NCBI GenBank assembly: GCA_046597065.1
Contig: JBKJLI010000002.1
Span: 116,071-180,070 of the forward strand
From: Candidatus Saccharimonadia bacterium
GTDB taxonomy: Bacteria; Patescibacteriota; Saccharimonadia; UBA4664; SCTI01
DNA length: 64,000 nt
Direction of reading: 5' to 3'
Part shown: positions 56,092 to 64,000 of the stretch, piece after piece
Position numbering within the stretch: the stretch's first letter is position 1
How the letters are laid out: every line of letters starts with the position of its first letter
Translations under genes and position numbers: made by a program
The notes under the pieces: generated by a model
What the model saw: the letters and a program-made list of their open reading frames with translations, nothing else
Databases searched by the model: none
What the model was told of the DNA's origin: nothing

Positions 56092-57426
56092 ATGGCTAAA
56101 AGTAGCACCCAGTTTGTCTGCCAAAAGTGTGGCGCAACTCAACCCAGGTGGGCTGGGAAGTGCGACCGTTGTGGCGAATGGAACTCGTTGGTTGAGACAG
56201 CGCCAATGAGCCCAAAAAATGCCGGCGGAGTTGCATTAAAGCCAGAGAGGGTCGGCGAAGTGGCTGCCAGTAATATGTCTCGCTTTGGCAGTGGCATAGA
56301 ACAGGTTGATGTCGTAGTGGGTGGCGGTATTGTTCCCGGATCGGTGATTTTGCTGTCGGGCGACCCTGGCATTGGTAAATCAACGTTGGTGCTTCAAATT
56401 GCTGCGGCAGTATCAAATGGTAAAAAAGTCTTATATGTCAGCGGTGAAGAGTCAGCGGCACAGATCAATCTTAGAGCAGAGCGGTTGGGTGTAGGTAAAT
56501 CTCATCTCGATTTGCTCGCGGCAACATCGGCCGATGGTGTAGCTGCAACCATAGCCCAAGGTAACTATGAACTGGTAATTGTCGACTCTATCCAAACGAT
56601 GGCCTGCGACGATTTAAGTGGTAGCGCTGGCAGTGTAGGCCAGATCAGTGCTAGTGCTCAAATTTTACAGCGCGTAGCCAAACTGCAGCATGCGGCCATT
56701 ATTATGATTGGGCATGTAACCAAGGAGGGCTCGATTGCCGGGCCCAAGATTCTGGAGCATTTGGTAGATGTGGTTTTGTACATGGAGGGTGAAAGGTATG
56801 GAGCATTTAAAGCATTAAGGGGGGTAAAGAACCGCTTTGGCTCAACCAGTGAAGTAGCCATATTTGAAATGGTCGACAGTGGTTTAGCACCGGTGCCAAA
56901 TCCCTCAGAAGCCTTGCTAGCCGAGCGGCAAGCGGCTCCAGGATCGGTGGTGCTGGCAACCGTCGAGGGCAGCCGGCCATTACTTGTTGAGGTGCAGGCG
57001 CTGGTGTCTAAGTCGCCGTTTGGGTACCCCAAGCGCACGGCCTCTGGCTTTGACCTGAATAGGCTTAATTTACTGGTTGCGGTGATCTCACGGCGGGCCG
57101 GCTTAAACTTGAGTGATCAGGACATTTATGTTAATATAATTGGCGGATTGAAGATAGCCGAACCGGCCGCCGATCTAGCAATCATTTTGGCAATTGCCTC
57201 CGCGTATCAAGACAAGCCAGTCTCACCAGAGTTGGTTTCGTTCGGAGAGGTTGGTCTAAGTGGCGAAATTCGATCCGTTAGCAATGTGGCCGGCCGCCTA
57301 AAAGAGGCCAAGAAGCTGGGCTTTCGTTACGCCATTGGCCCTAGCCGGGGCAATCCGAGCACCGGCCTGAACCAGGTTAAAACGATCAAGCAAGCGATCG
57401 AAGCTGCATTATCAAAGGTGACATAG
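56092..57426 (+). CDS. radA: DNA repair protein RadA (Sms)
   Basis: 444 aa. C4 zinc finger CQKCGATQPRWAGKCDRCGEW, RecA-like Walker A GDPGIGKST, KNRFG motif, and a Lon-like C-terminal domain. Confidence 0.95.
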   Translation: MAKSSTQFVCQKCGATQPRWAGKCDRCGEWNSLVETAPMSPKNAGGVALKPERVGEVAASNMSRFGSGIEQVDVVVGGGIVPGSVILLSGDPGIGKSTLVLQIAAAVSNGKKVLYVSGEESAAQINLRAERLGVGKSHLDLLAATSADGVAATIAQGNYELVIVDSIQTMACDDLSGSAGSVGQISASAQILQRVAKLQHAAIIMIGHVTKEGSIAGPKILEHLVDVVLYMEGERYGAFKALRGVKNRFGSTSEVAIFEMVDSGLAPVPNPSEALLAERQAAPGSVVLATVEGSRPLLVEVQALVSKSPFGYPKRTASGFDLNRLNLLVAVISRRAGLNLSDQDIYVNIIGGLKIAEPAADLAIILAIASAYQDKPVSPELVSFGEVGLSGEIRSVSNVAGRLKEAKKLGFRYAIGPSRGNPSTGLNQVKTIKQAIEAALSKVT

Positions 57427-57487
57427 GCACCGATTATCAAACTAGTTTAAGCGATCCTATGGCGCTTATTTTGGAAGTAATATATTT

Positions 57488-58420
57488 ATGATTTTTAACA
57501 AAAAAGAAACAAACGCCGAACCTGCGGGTCTGCCGGCACTTAATGAAGTTGGCGTTCTAGTCGACACCTCGGTAATAATTGATGGTCGTATTGGAGACAT
57601 ATCTAAAGCCGGCTTTGCACCTGGCAAACTACTGATACCGCGATTTGTTCTGGCAGAGTTGCAGAACATAGCCGACTCTAGTGAGGCGATGCGTCGCGGC
57701 CGTGGGCGTCGTGGCTTAGAGGTACTACATGAAATGCGCCAATCGGGCGTAGATATGGAGATTATTGAGGACGATTATGCCGAGATTGGCGAGGTTGACG
57801 CTAAATTAGTGCGACTGGCCCGTGATCGTAAAGCCCATGTGCTTACTACCGACTACAACCTTAATCGCGTTGCGAGTATTGAGGGCGTTCGCGTCTTAAA
57901 CATTAATGAACTGGCTAATGCTGTGCGTCCGGTAATTCTACCAGGCGAAACCATGATGATACGAATAGTACAGGCTGGTAAAGAAAAAGGGCAGGGTGTT
58001 GGTTATCTGGCTGATGGCACTATGATCGTAGTTGATGGCGGAGATCGCTTGATTGGCCAAGATGTTAACTGTGAGATCACACGGGTATTTCAGACCGTTG
58101 CCGGAAAAATGTTGTTTGCCGCGCCTGTGGGTGGGGTAAAAGCTAGTGCGGCCAAACCTCATAATCGCCCACCTAAAACGGACAAAACAAGTGAGCAGCG
58201 CAGTGAACCGCGACCCAATACTTCTAGCCACGACAGTCGTGGACCACGCCGCGGCAAGGCTGAATCAGCTGGGCCTCGGCAAGACGCCCCTAAACCTCCG
58301 CAAAATGGCGGCGGTGAAGATCGAAACCGCAAACCGCGTAAACGCTTAAGCCCAACTCAACGGCTAGAAAACAGCCTAATGGAAATGACGGGCGGAAACG
58401 ATATTCAGCCAAATAGCTAA
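57488..58420 (+). CDS. PIN/TRAM domain protein (YacL-like) with basic Pro-rich C-terminal tail
   Basis: PIN core ([13 protein letters not shown]...[16 protein letters not shown]...LTTDYNL), a TRAM fold ([30 protein letters not shown]...), and a disordered R/P/K-rich tail. Confidence 0.75.
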   Translation: MIFNKKETNAEPAGLPALNEVGVLVDTSVIIDGRIGDISKAGFAPGKLLIPRFVLAELQNIADSSEAMRRGRGRRGLEVLHEMRQSGVDMEIIEDDYAEIGEVDAKLVRLARDRKAHVLTTDYNLNRVASIEGVRVLNINELANAVRPVILPGETMMIRIVQAGKEKGQGVGYLADGTMIVVDGGDRLIGQDVNCEITRVFQTVAGKMLFAAPVGGVKASAAKPHNRPPKTDKTSEQRSEPRPNTSSHDSRGPRRGKAESAGPRQDAPKPPQNGGGEDRNRKPRKRLSPTQRLENSLMEMTGGNDIQPNS

Positions 58421-58486
58421 GACGACACAATTGGCCACTTATACTTACATTTTGATTTAGTTCTTCGGCCCCTTGGGATTACCCTT

Positions 58487-61096
58487 TCAGGGGCCGAATC
58501 CGGTTATATTAATGGTTTTTTCGGTTTCACCGGTATACAACCCAGCATCACTAACGCTGGCCTTGATCGTGTGGCTGCCACCGGCTGTTGGTATGTAGGG
58601 GAAGGTGTAAACCGTACTACCGCTAATAGTTTGGGTTGAAATAACTTGGTCGTCGAAGAAAATGGTTAAACTATTGGCGGTGAAAGTGCCACTAACGACC
58701 GTGGCAGTGATCAGAATGGGATTGTCACCTGTGACAGTCAGGGTAACCAAGGGCTTTATATCAGAGCAACTATGGGCATTATCGCTTTCGTTTGGTATGG
58801 CACCCCCAGATCCTGCGCCGATACTTGCCGCCAGTGCTGCCACCGGCGGCTCCCATCGACCATAGGCAATATCGGTAGCTGGTATTTCGGCATGAATCTG
58901 GCCAGAGGTGACGGTTTGAACAGCGGCAGGTGGTGTACAGGGAGTTGCCAGCTTCCCAGAAATCTTATCTACCTGGGCGGTTTTAACGCTGCCTGCTTCT
59001 TGGACCTTGTACCAGCTGGGGAAAATATCAGTACGTTTGTTTTTAGTGGCAGCGGTCACAGCTGTGCCGGTATCGCCATCTAGGGTTAAGGTTTGGATGC
59101 CACTGGCTGTCGGAAAGGCGCTATCGGCAGGGTAGTCAGCAAGGGCTTTTACCATATAGTCATGCCAAATTGGGGCCGCTATATCAACCGCCTCGCTGGT
59201 CATTGGCTTGTTATCGTTGTTGCCGGCCCAAACCCCGGTAACTAGGTCGGGCGAAAAGCCCATCGTCCAGGCGTCGTTATAATACTCAGTTGTACCGGTT
59301 TTGGCACCAACGTTGCGGCCGTTGATATGCAACGGGTTATTCGCCCCAAAGATGTACTGGCGAGACCTATCATCACTAAGAACATTAGACATGATGTAGG
59401 CAATCTGAGCGTCAAGGACACGCTTACCTTGAGGCTTTGAGTTGTCTTCGATCACTTTATTGCGTGGGTCGGTAACTTTTAAAACCGGTATTGGCTGGTA
59501 ATGCATGCCGCCGTTAGCAAAGCTGCTGTAGGCGTTAACCATGTCATTTAGCTTGACCTCGCCAGATCCTAGTACTAAGCTCAATCCATAATCTCCAGCC
59601 GGCTGGTTTAAGGTAGTGATACCAAGGTTGTGGGCGGTTTGAATGGAGCTACTTACACCGGCAATGTAGAGCATTTTTACTGCAGGGATATTCAATGAGC
59701 CATCAAGTGCGGTGCGGACCGACTGGATGCCGTAGTTGCGGCCAGAGTAGTTTTTTGGAGTGTAGCCCCCACCAAAATCGGTTTTAACATCATAGATAGT
59801 ACTACCGGCCCCCCAGTTACCTTTTAGGGCTGTGGCGTAAACAAAGGGCTTAAAACTCGAGCCCGGCTGGCGGTTCGCCAAGGCCACATTATATGCACCA
59901 TACTTTTTATCGTTATAGTCATATGAACCGATCATGGCCAGCACTTGACCGGTCTTTGGATCGGCCGATACCATTGCGACGTTGGACCCGCCTGAACGCC
60001 GAACGGCTGAAATCCCGGTGCGAGGATTGTCGATAGCGCCTTGAGCCAGTTGCTGCTTTTTAACATCAAGAGTGGTGATTACTTTAAGGCCGCCATTATC
60101 AACTGCTCCAGCGCCATACTTGTTTTCTAAGTATTCCTGAGCGTAGTAGGCAAAATGAGGATATGGGCTGACGGCAGTCAAAGTTTGAGGGGTGGCGGCT
60201 AGGCCGATAGTTGAAAAATCGGTATCGACTTTTGCCTTGTCGGCCTCGGCTTTTGTTAAATATTTCTGATCGGTCATGCGGTCAAGAATTAGATGCTGTC
60301 GTTCTACTAATGAGTCTTTATGCTGTCCATAAGGTGAAAAATAGGTTGGTGCATTAGGTATGGCGGCTAGGAGTGCCGACTGCGACACCGTTAGGTTTGG
60401 CGTACATTTATCACCCTTAATGTCCTGTGGGAAGTAGGTGCGACAGGCGGCTTCGATGCCATATGCTTGGTTGCCGTATGGGATTTCATTAAGATAAAGC
60501 TTTAAAATGTCATCTTTTTTATATAGCGACTCAATTTCGATAGATAGAATCAACTCTTTCATTTTTCGAGTCACGCTTTGGTCGGTGGTTTCAAGGAGTG
60601 CGTTTTTAACATATTGCTGAGTAATGGTTGAACCACCTTGTAGCGAACCACCTGCTCGGTTAAAAACGTCAACAAAGGCGGCTCTTAAAATACCCAAAAC
60701 GCTAAATCCACCATGTTTATAAAAGTTGCGATCCTCTATCGAGATGGTGGCATCTTTAAGGCTCTGGGGCATGTCGGAAAACTCGATAACTTTGCGGTTT
60801 TTGTCGCCATGGATTTCGAAAATCTTGGTTTGTCCGGTGCGGTCGAAGAACTCGGTATTTTGCGAGCCGATACGCGCGTTTATCTTGCCGGGGCTGGGAA
60901 GGTCCTTAGCGAAATACAGAAAAACTAACAGAATAAACGCAAAACCACCGGCAGCAATTTTACCAGCCCGCTTAGCACCATCAGCATTTAGCCAGTAGCG
61001 CTTAAAGTTATTAGGACTGGTGAATGAGCCGAAAAATCGACCGGCGCGAGCTTTAATATCTTTGCTACCGCCGCGAATCACTTTACGTTGAGCCAT
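58487..61096 (-). CDS. Penicillin-binding protein 1A (bifunctional glycosyltransferase/transpeptidase) with C-terminal Ig-like extension
   Basis: 869 aa. An N-terminal TM, GT51 motifs (EDRNFYKHGG, ...GGSTITQQ), transpeptidase SxxK (GSSFKP), SxN and KTGTT motifs, and a ~200-aa C-terminal beta-rich domain. Confidence 0.9.
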   Translation of the reverse strand: MAQRKVIRGGSKDIKARAGRFFGSFTSPNNFKRYWLNADGAKRAGKIAAGGFAFILLVFLYFAKDLPSPGKINARIGSQNTEFFDRTGQTKIFEIHGDKNRKVIEFSDMPQSLKDATISIEDRNFYKHGGFSVLGILRAAFVDVFNRAGGSLQGGSTITQQYVKNALLETTDQSVTRKMKELILSIEIESLYKKDDILKLYLNEIPYGNQAYGIEAACRTYFPQDIKGDKCTPNLTVSQSALLAAIPNAPTYFSPYGQHKDSLVERQHLILDRMTDQKYLTKAEADKAKVDTDFSTIGLAATPQTLTAVSPYPHFAYYAQEYLENKYGAGAVDNGGLKVITTLDVKKQQLAQGAIDNPRTGISAVRRSGGSNVAMVSADPKTGQVLAMIGSYDYNDKKYGAYNVALANRQPGSSFKPFVYATALKGNWGAGSTIYDVKTDFGGGYTPKNYSGRNYGIQSVRTALDGSLNIPAVKMLYIAGVSSSIQTAHNLGITTLNQPAGDYGLSLVLGSGEVKLNDMVNAYSSFANGGMHYQPIPVLKVTDPRNKVIEDNSKPQGKRVLDAQIAYIMSNVLSDDRSRQYIFGANNPLHINGRNVGAKTGTTEYYNDAWTMGFSPDLVTGVWAGNNDNKPMTSEAVDIAAPIWHDYMVKALADYPADSAFPTASGIQTLTLDGDTGTAVTAATKNKRTDIFPSWYKVQEAGSVKTAQVDKISGKLATPCTPPAAVQTVTSGQIHAEIPATDIAYGRWEPPVAALAASIGAGSGGAIPNESDNAHSCSDIKPLVTLTVTGDNPILITATVVSGTFTANSLTIFFDDQVISTQTISGSTVYTFPYIPTAGGSHTIKASVSDAGLYTGETEKTINITGFGP

Positions 61097-61200
61097 AGTT
61101 GGTTGAGCACTCTCCTCTGGTAGACATTATAGCGAGTACCAAGCAGTTTCACCAGCCTGGATGGTTTTATCCAACGGGTGGGCAACAGCTTTAATATGCT

Positions 61201-62394
61201 ATGATTATGGTCATGAAAGAGCTAATTCTAGGACGCGCCAAGGATATTATCACCGAAGCCGATTTTGAGCGTGGGCTCGAAAGTAAAAAACTCCGTATCA
61301 AGTTTGGCATCGACCCCACCGGCCCCCGCTTGCACTTGGGTCGAGCCTCAACTATCCGCCGACTACGTAATTTGCAAGATATGGGGCACACAATTGTATT
61401 AATTATTGGCGACCGCACCGCCGAAATTGGCGATGCTTCCGACAAGTCATCACAGCGCGAGGTATTAAGTGCCGATCAGATTCACGCCAATATAACAGAT
61501 TATAAGCGGCAATTAGGCCTTATTCTGGATATTGATAAAGTCGAGCTGCACTACAACTCGGAGTGGTTCGACAAGCTCGAAGTGGCCGAGCTTGCTAAAC
61601 TTGCCAGCCACTTTACTGTGGCCCAGATGATCGAACGCGACAATTTTTCTAAGCGTTTCAAGGAACAGAAACCAATTAGTTTGCACGAGTTTTTGTATCC
61701 GGTATTACAAGGGTATGATTCGGTGGCGATCAAGGCTGATGTAGAAGTCGGCGGTACCGACCAACTGTTTAATATGATGGCCGGGCGCACCTTACAGAAG
61801 CATTATGGCCAAGTTCCACAGTGCGTAGTGACTTTTGATTTGTTAACTGCACCGGATGGTCGAAAAATGTCGACAAGTTGGCAGAACGCTATCTTTATTA
61901 CCGATGAACCAGCCGACATGTATGGCAAAATAATGCGTATTAATGATGAGTTAATTGCCGAGTACTATCGAATATGTACCGATATACCTCTGGACGTAAT
62001 TGAACAGGCGGTGGCTGGTATTGCAGGAGGCGCCAACCCGCGTGATACCAAGGCCAGTCTGGCGCGAGAGATCGTGCGAATTTACCATGGTGAGGATGAG
62101 GCCATTGCGGCCGAGGAGGCCTTTAACCGCCAGTTTCGGGATAAGCAGCCCGATGCCAGCGATCGTGAGGTTCTGAATATTAAGACCTCATCGGAGTTAG
62201 CGGTGGTATATGAGTTCTTGGCTGAACATGGTTTAGCGCCAAGCAAGTCAGAGGCCAAGCGTCTGATAGAACAAGGGGGAGTGCGGATCAATGATGCGGT
62301 GGTAACGGTAAACGCCAAGCACAAGTTTAAGAGTGGCGACATTCTTCAGATTGGCAAGCGTCGAATCTACGAGCTCCATTTAAGCACCAAGTGA
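61201..62394 (+). CDS. tyrS: Tyrosine--tRNA ligase
   Basis: 397 aa. Class I HIGH-type motif HLGR, KMSKS-type KMSTS, and a C-terminal S4 RNA-binding domain. Several N-terminal Met codons are present (MIMVM). Confidence 0.9.
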   Translation: MIMVMKELILGRAKDIITEADFERGLESKKLRIKFGIDPTGPRLHLGRASTIRRLRNLQDMGHTIVLIIGDRTAEIGDASDKSSQREVLSADQIHANITDYKRQLGLILDIDKVELHYNSEWFDKLEVAELAKLASHFTVAQMIERDNFSKRFKEQKPISLHEFLYPVLQGYDSVAIKADVEVGGTDQLFNMMAGRTLQKHYGQVPQCVVTFDLLTAPDGRKMSTSWQNAIFITDEPADMYGKIMRINDELIAEYYRICTDIPLDVIEQAVAGIAGGANPRDTKASLAREIVRIYHGEDEAIAAEEAFNRQFRDKQPDASDREVLNIKTSSELAVVYEFLAEHGLAPSKSEAKRLIEQGGVRINDAVVTVNAKHKFKSGDILQIGKRRIYELHLSTK

Positions 62395-64000
62395 GTTTTA
62401 ATTTAGAGCATCGAGTCGAAACTCTTAAAGGCGTTGGCAAAACCCAAGCCGCCAAACTGGAGCGATTAGGCATTATAACGGTCGGCGACTTGCTGGCACA
62501 CTGGCCGCGGCGGTACGACGACTTTTCGAAGATAATCCCAATGCGACAAATGCGGCCTGGGTCAGTGACATTTAAGGGGCAGATTGTACATATTGCGGCC
62601 CGTCGGGCGCGGGCCAAACGCCTTACAATTACCGAGGCCATTATTACCGACGGCACCGGAACAGTAAAAGCTATTTGGTTTAACCAACCCTTTTTGGTCA
62701 AACAGTACCCCAGTGGCACTCCCGTTTTGGTTGCCGGTCAGCTAGTTTTTAAAAATAGTGATTTGGCAATGCAGTCTCCGGCTCTGGAGCGCGATGAGGG
62801 AGAGGGCGGCCGCCATACGGGGCGGATTGTCCCGGTTTATCCAGAAACCGAGGGTATAAGCTCAAAACAGCTACGAAACTGGATCATGCCACTTTTGCCG
62901 CTTACAGATGATTTAACAGAATCAATGCCGGATATGGTGCTTAAGAAAGCTCGGTTAATGGGCCGTTCGCGGGCGCTGGTAGAGATTCACGCACCATCAA
63001 GTGAGCTGAATCTGCGCAAGGCCCGACACCGGTTTGCCTTTGAAGAACTTTTTTTCATTATCGCAGCTAGTTTGGTCATAAAACACGAGATCAAAACCGA
63101 ACCCGGCCCTCTGATCAAACTACAGGTCCCAGTTGCTCAGGATTTTGTAAAAGCGCTGAGTTTTAACTTAACCAATGCTCAACGCCAAGCCGCTTGGCAG
63201 ATTCTAAAGGACATGACCGGCGAACATCCGATGAATCGCTTGCTCGAAGGCGACGTTGGTACCGGTAAAACGGTGGTGGCTATGTTGGCAGCTACAATGG
63301 CGATTCGCAGTGGGTTTCAGGCGGCCTTAATGGTGCCAACCGACATTCTGGCTCGTCAGCATGCTAGCAGTTTGGCGGCCCTGGCTGAAAAGTTGAGTAT
63401 CAAGATTGCTCTAGTTTTGGGGCGTGACGCTGCTGCAGTTAAACGCGTAGCCGAGGCTGCCGCAGCCGAAGGCAGTGCCCAGCTTGTAATCGGCACGCAC
63501 GCGCTACTTGGCGAAAAGTTTAAGTTTGCCAATCTAGGGTTAGTAATAATCGACGAACAGCACCGCTTTGGCGTAGAACAACGCCAAAAGCTCAAAGATA
63601 AGGCCGGCCGCTTACCGCACCTACTTAGCATGACTGCCACACCGATTCCTCGTACATTGGCCTTGACGGTTTACGGCGATCTGGACATTTCGATTATCGA
63701 TGAGTTGCCGCCGGGTCGTAAAGAAGTGGCTACCAAAGTTATAAAAGCTAAAGACCGCTCGGTAGCTCAGGGTTTTATCGATAAGCAGATAACCGAGGGT
63801 CGGCAGGTATTTGTGGTCTGTCCGCTAATAGATGATTCAGAATTGCTGGCGGTCAAAAGTGTCACTGCCGAAGTTGAGCGATTACGTTTAGGCCCATTTA
63901 AACACCGACGCATTGGTATGGTGCACGGAAAGCTTAAGCCGGCCGAACGTGAAGAAGTAGTTGGCCAATTTGTAGCCGGTGATCTGGATATCCTAGTGGC
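62391..64000 (+). CDS. recG: ATP-dependent DNA helicase RecG (5' part; continues beyond window)
   Basis: A GTG start overlaps the tyrS stop (GTGA). Wedge/OB domain (…GKTQAAKLERLGIITVGDLL…), then helicase motif I GDVGTGKTVVA and ...IIDEQHRFGV (motif II). Confidence 0.8.
   Translation, partial: MSFNLEHRVETLKGVGKTQAAKLERLGIITVGDLLAHWPRRYDDFSKIIPMRQMRPGSVTFKGQIVHIAARRARAKRLTITEAIITDGTGTVKAIWFNQPFLVKQYPSGTPVLVAGQLVFKNSDLAMQSPALERDEGEGGRHTGRIVPVYPETEGISSKQLRNWIMPLLPLTDDLTESMPDMVLKKARLMGRSRALVEIHAPSSELNLRKARHRFAFEELFFIIAASLVIKHEIKTEPGPLIKLQVPVAQDFVKALSFNLTNAQRQAAWQILKDMTGEHPMNRLLEGDVGTGKTVVAMLAATMAIRSGFQAALMVPTDILARQHASSLAALAEKLSIKIALVLGRDAAAVKRVAEAAAAEGSAQLVIGTHALLGEKFKFANLGLVIIDEQHRFGVEQRQKLKDKAGRLPHLLSMTATPIPRTLALTVYGDLDISIIDELPPGRKEVATKVIKAKDRSVAQGFIDKQITEGRQVFVVCPLIDDSELLAVKSVTAEVERLRLGPFKHRRIGMVHGKLKPAEREEVVGQFVAGDLDILV

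Noticed and set aside
1-64000. CRISPR arrays, rRNA genes, IS elements or transposases, and UGA recoding (code 25/4).
   Set aside because: No repeat-spacer periodicity was seen anywhere. No rRNA-like conserved blocks were found. No DDE/HUH transposase motifs appear in any ORF. Many conserved genes (gatC, htpX, tkt) terminate at TGA with full-length products, so the standard code applies.

Overview
The window is a compact, mostly co-directional bacterial chromosome segment read with the standard genetic code (TGA is used as a stop, e.g. gatC and htpX), so it is not a code-25 lineage. By eye the G+C content is moderate. Genes abut or overlap by 1-4 nt in several places (ATGA/GTGA junctions).

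Housekeeping content, roughly in order: rpe 3' end, a split transketolase (N- and C-terminal subunits), class II fructose-bisphosphate aldolase, an AlkA-like HhH-GPD glycosylase, a PfkB-family sugar kinase, a LOG/TIGR00725 protein, uvrB, uvrA, uvrC, an orphan response-regulator receiver, a YvlD/DUF360 membrane protein, secG, a family-5 ABC substrate-binding protein, an FAD-linked oxidase, prs, LemA, htpX, ligA, an ABC-2 exporter pair, gatC-gatA-[inserted ORF]-gatB, an MscS-like channel, a DUF948/YtxH-like trio, dnaE, rplS, rnhB, yraN, pepF, nusA, clpC, radA, a PIN/TRAM protein, PBP1A, tyrS and the 5' part of recG. There are seven tRNA genes: Leu-CAG, Leu-GAG, Gly-GCC, Phe-GAA, Val-TAC, Cys-GCA and Leu-TAA.

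The small-genome feel, the split transketolase, and the LemA/HtpX/YtxH-type envelope genes would fit a reduced Gram-positive-like or CPR/Saccharibacteria-type organism. That placement is inference only.

Two things stand out.

- A ~6 kb accessory segment at 21.9-28.1 kb lies between tRNA-Leu(GAG) and a tRNA-Gly/tRNA-Phe pair. tRNA-Leu(GAG) is followed by a hairpin and a degenerate direct copy of its own 3' half. The segment carries a protein with a SAM-methyltransferase-like domain, a high-GC cassette, a 6-TM membrane protein, a 1.3 kb ORF-less stretch containing a perfect 12-bp inverted repeat, and a large serine recombinase. The recombinase's last codons and stop codon are encoded antisense within the 3' end of tRNA-Gly, and the stop lies in a T-loop that carries a non-canonical A at position 56. 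This looks like an integrated mobile element or its remnant.
- At least six short (0.3-0.9 kb) islets are sharply G+C-rich with strong GC3-biased codon usage (near 6.6, 10.4, 13.9-14.5, 23.6-24.4, 29.4-29.8 and 51.6-52.0 kb). Each encodes one or two small proteins, mostly small membrane proteins, with its own strong Shine-Dalgarno (and in one case a near-consensus promoter) and hairpin terminator. They sit in intergenic gaps between conserved genes, for example between uvrA and uvrC. This is consistent with repeated recent acquisition from a high-GC donor.

No CRISPR array, rRNA or obvious transposase was found.
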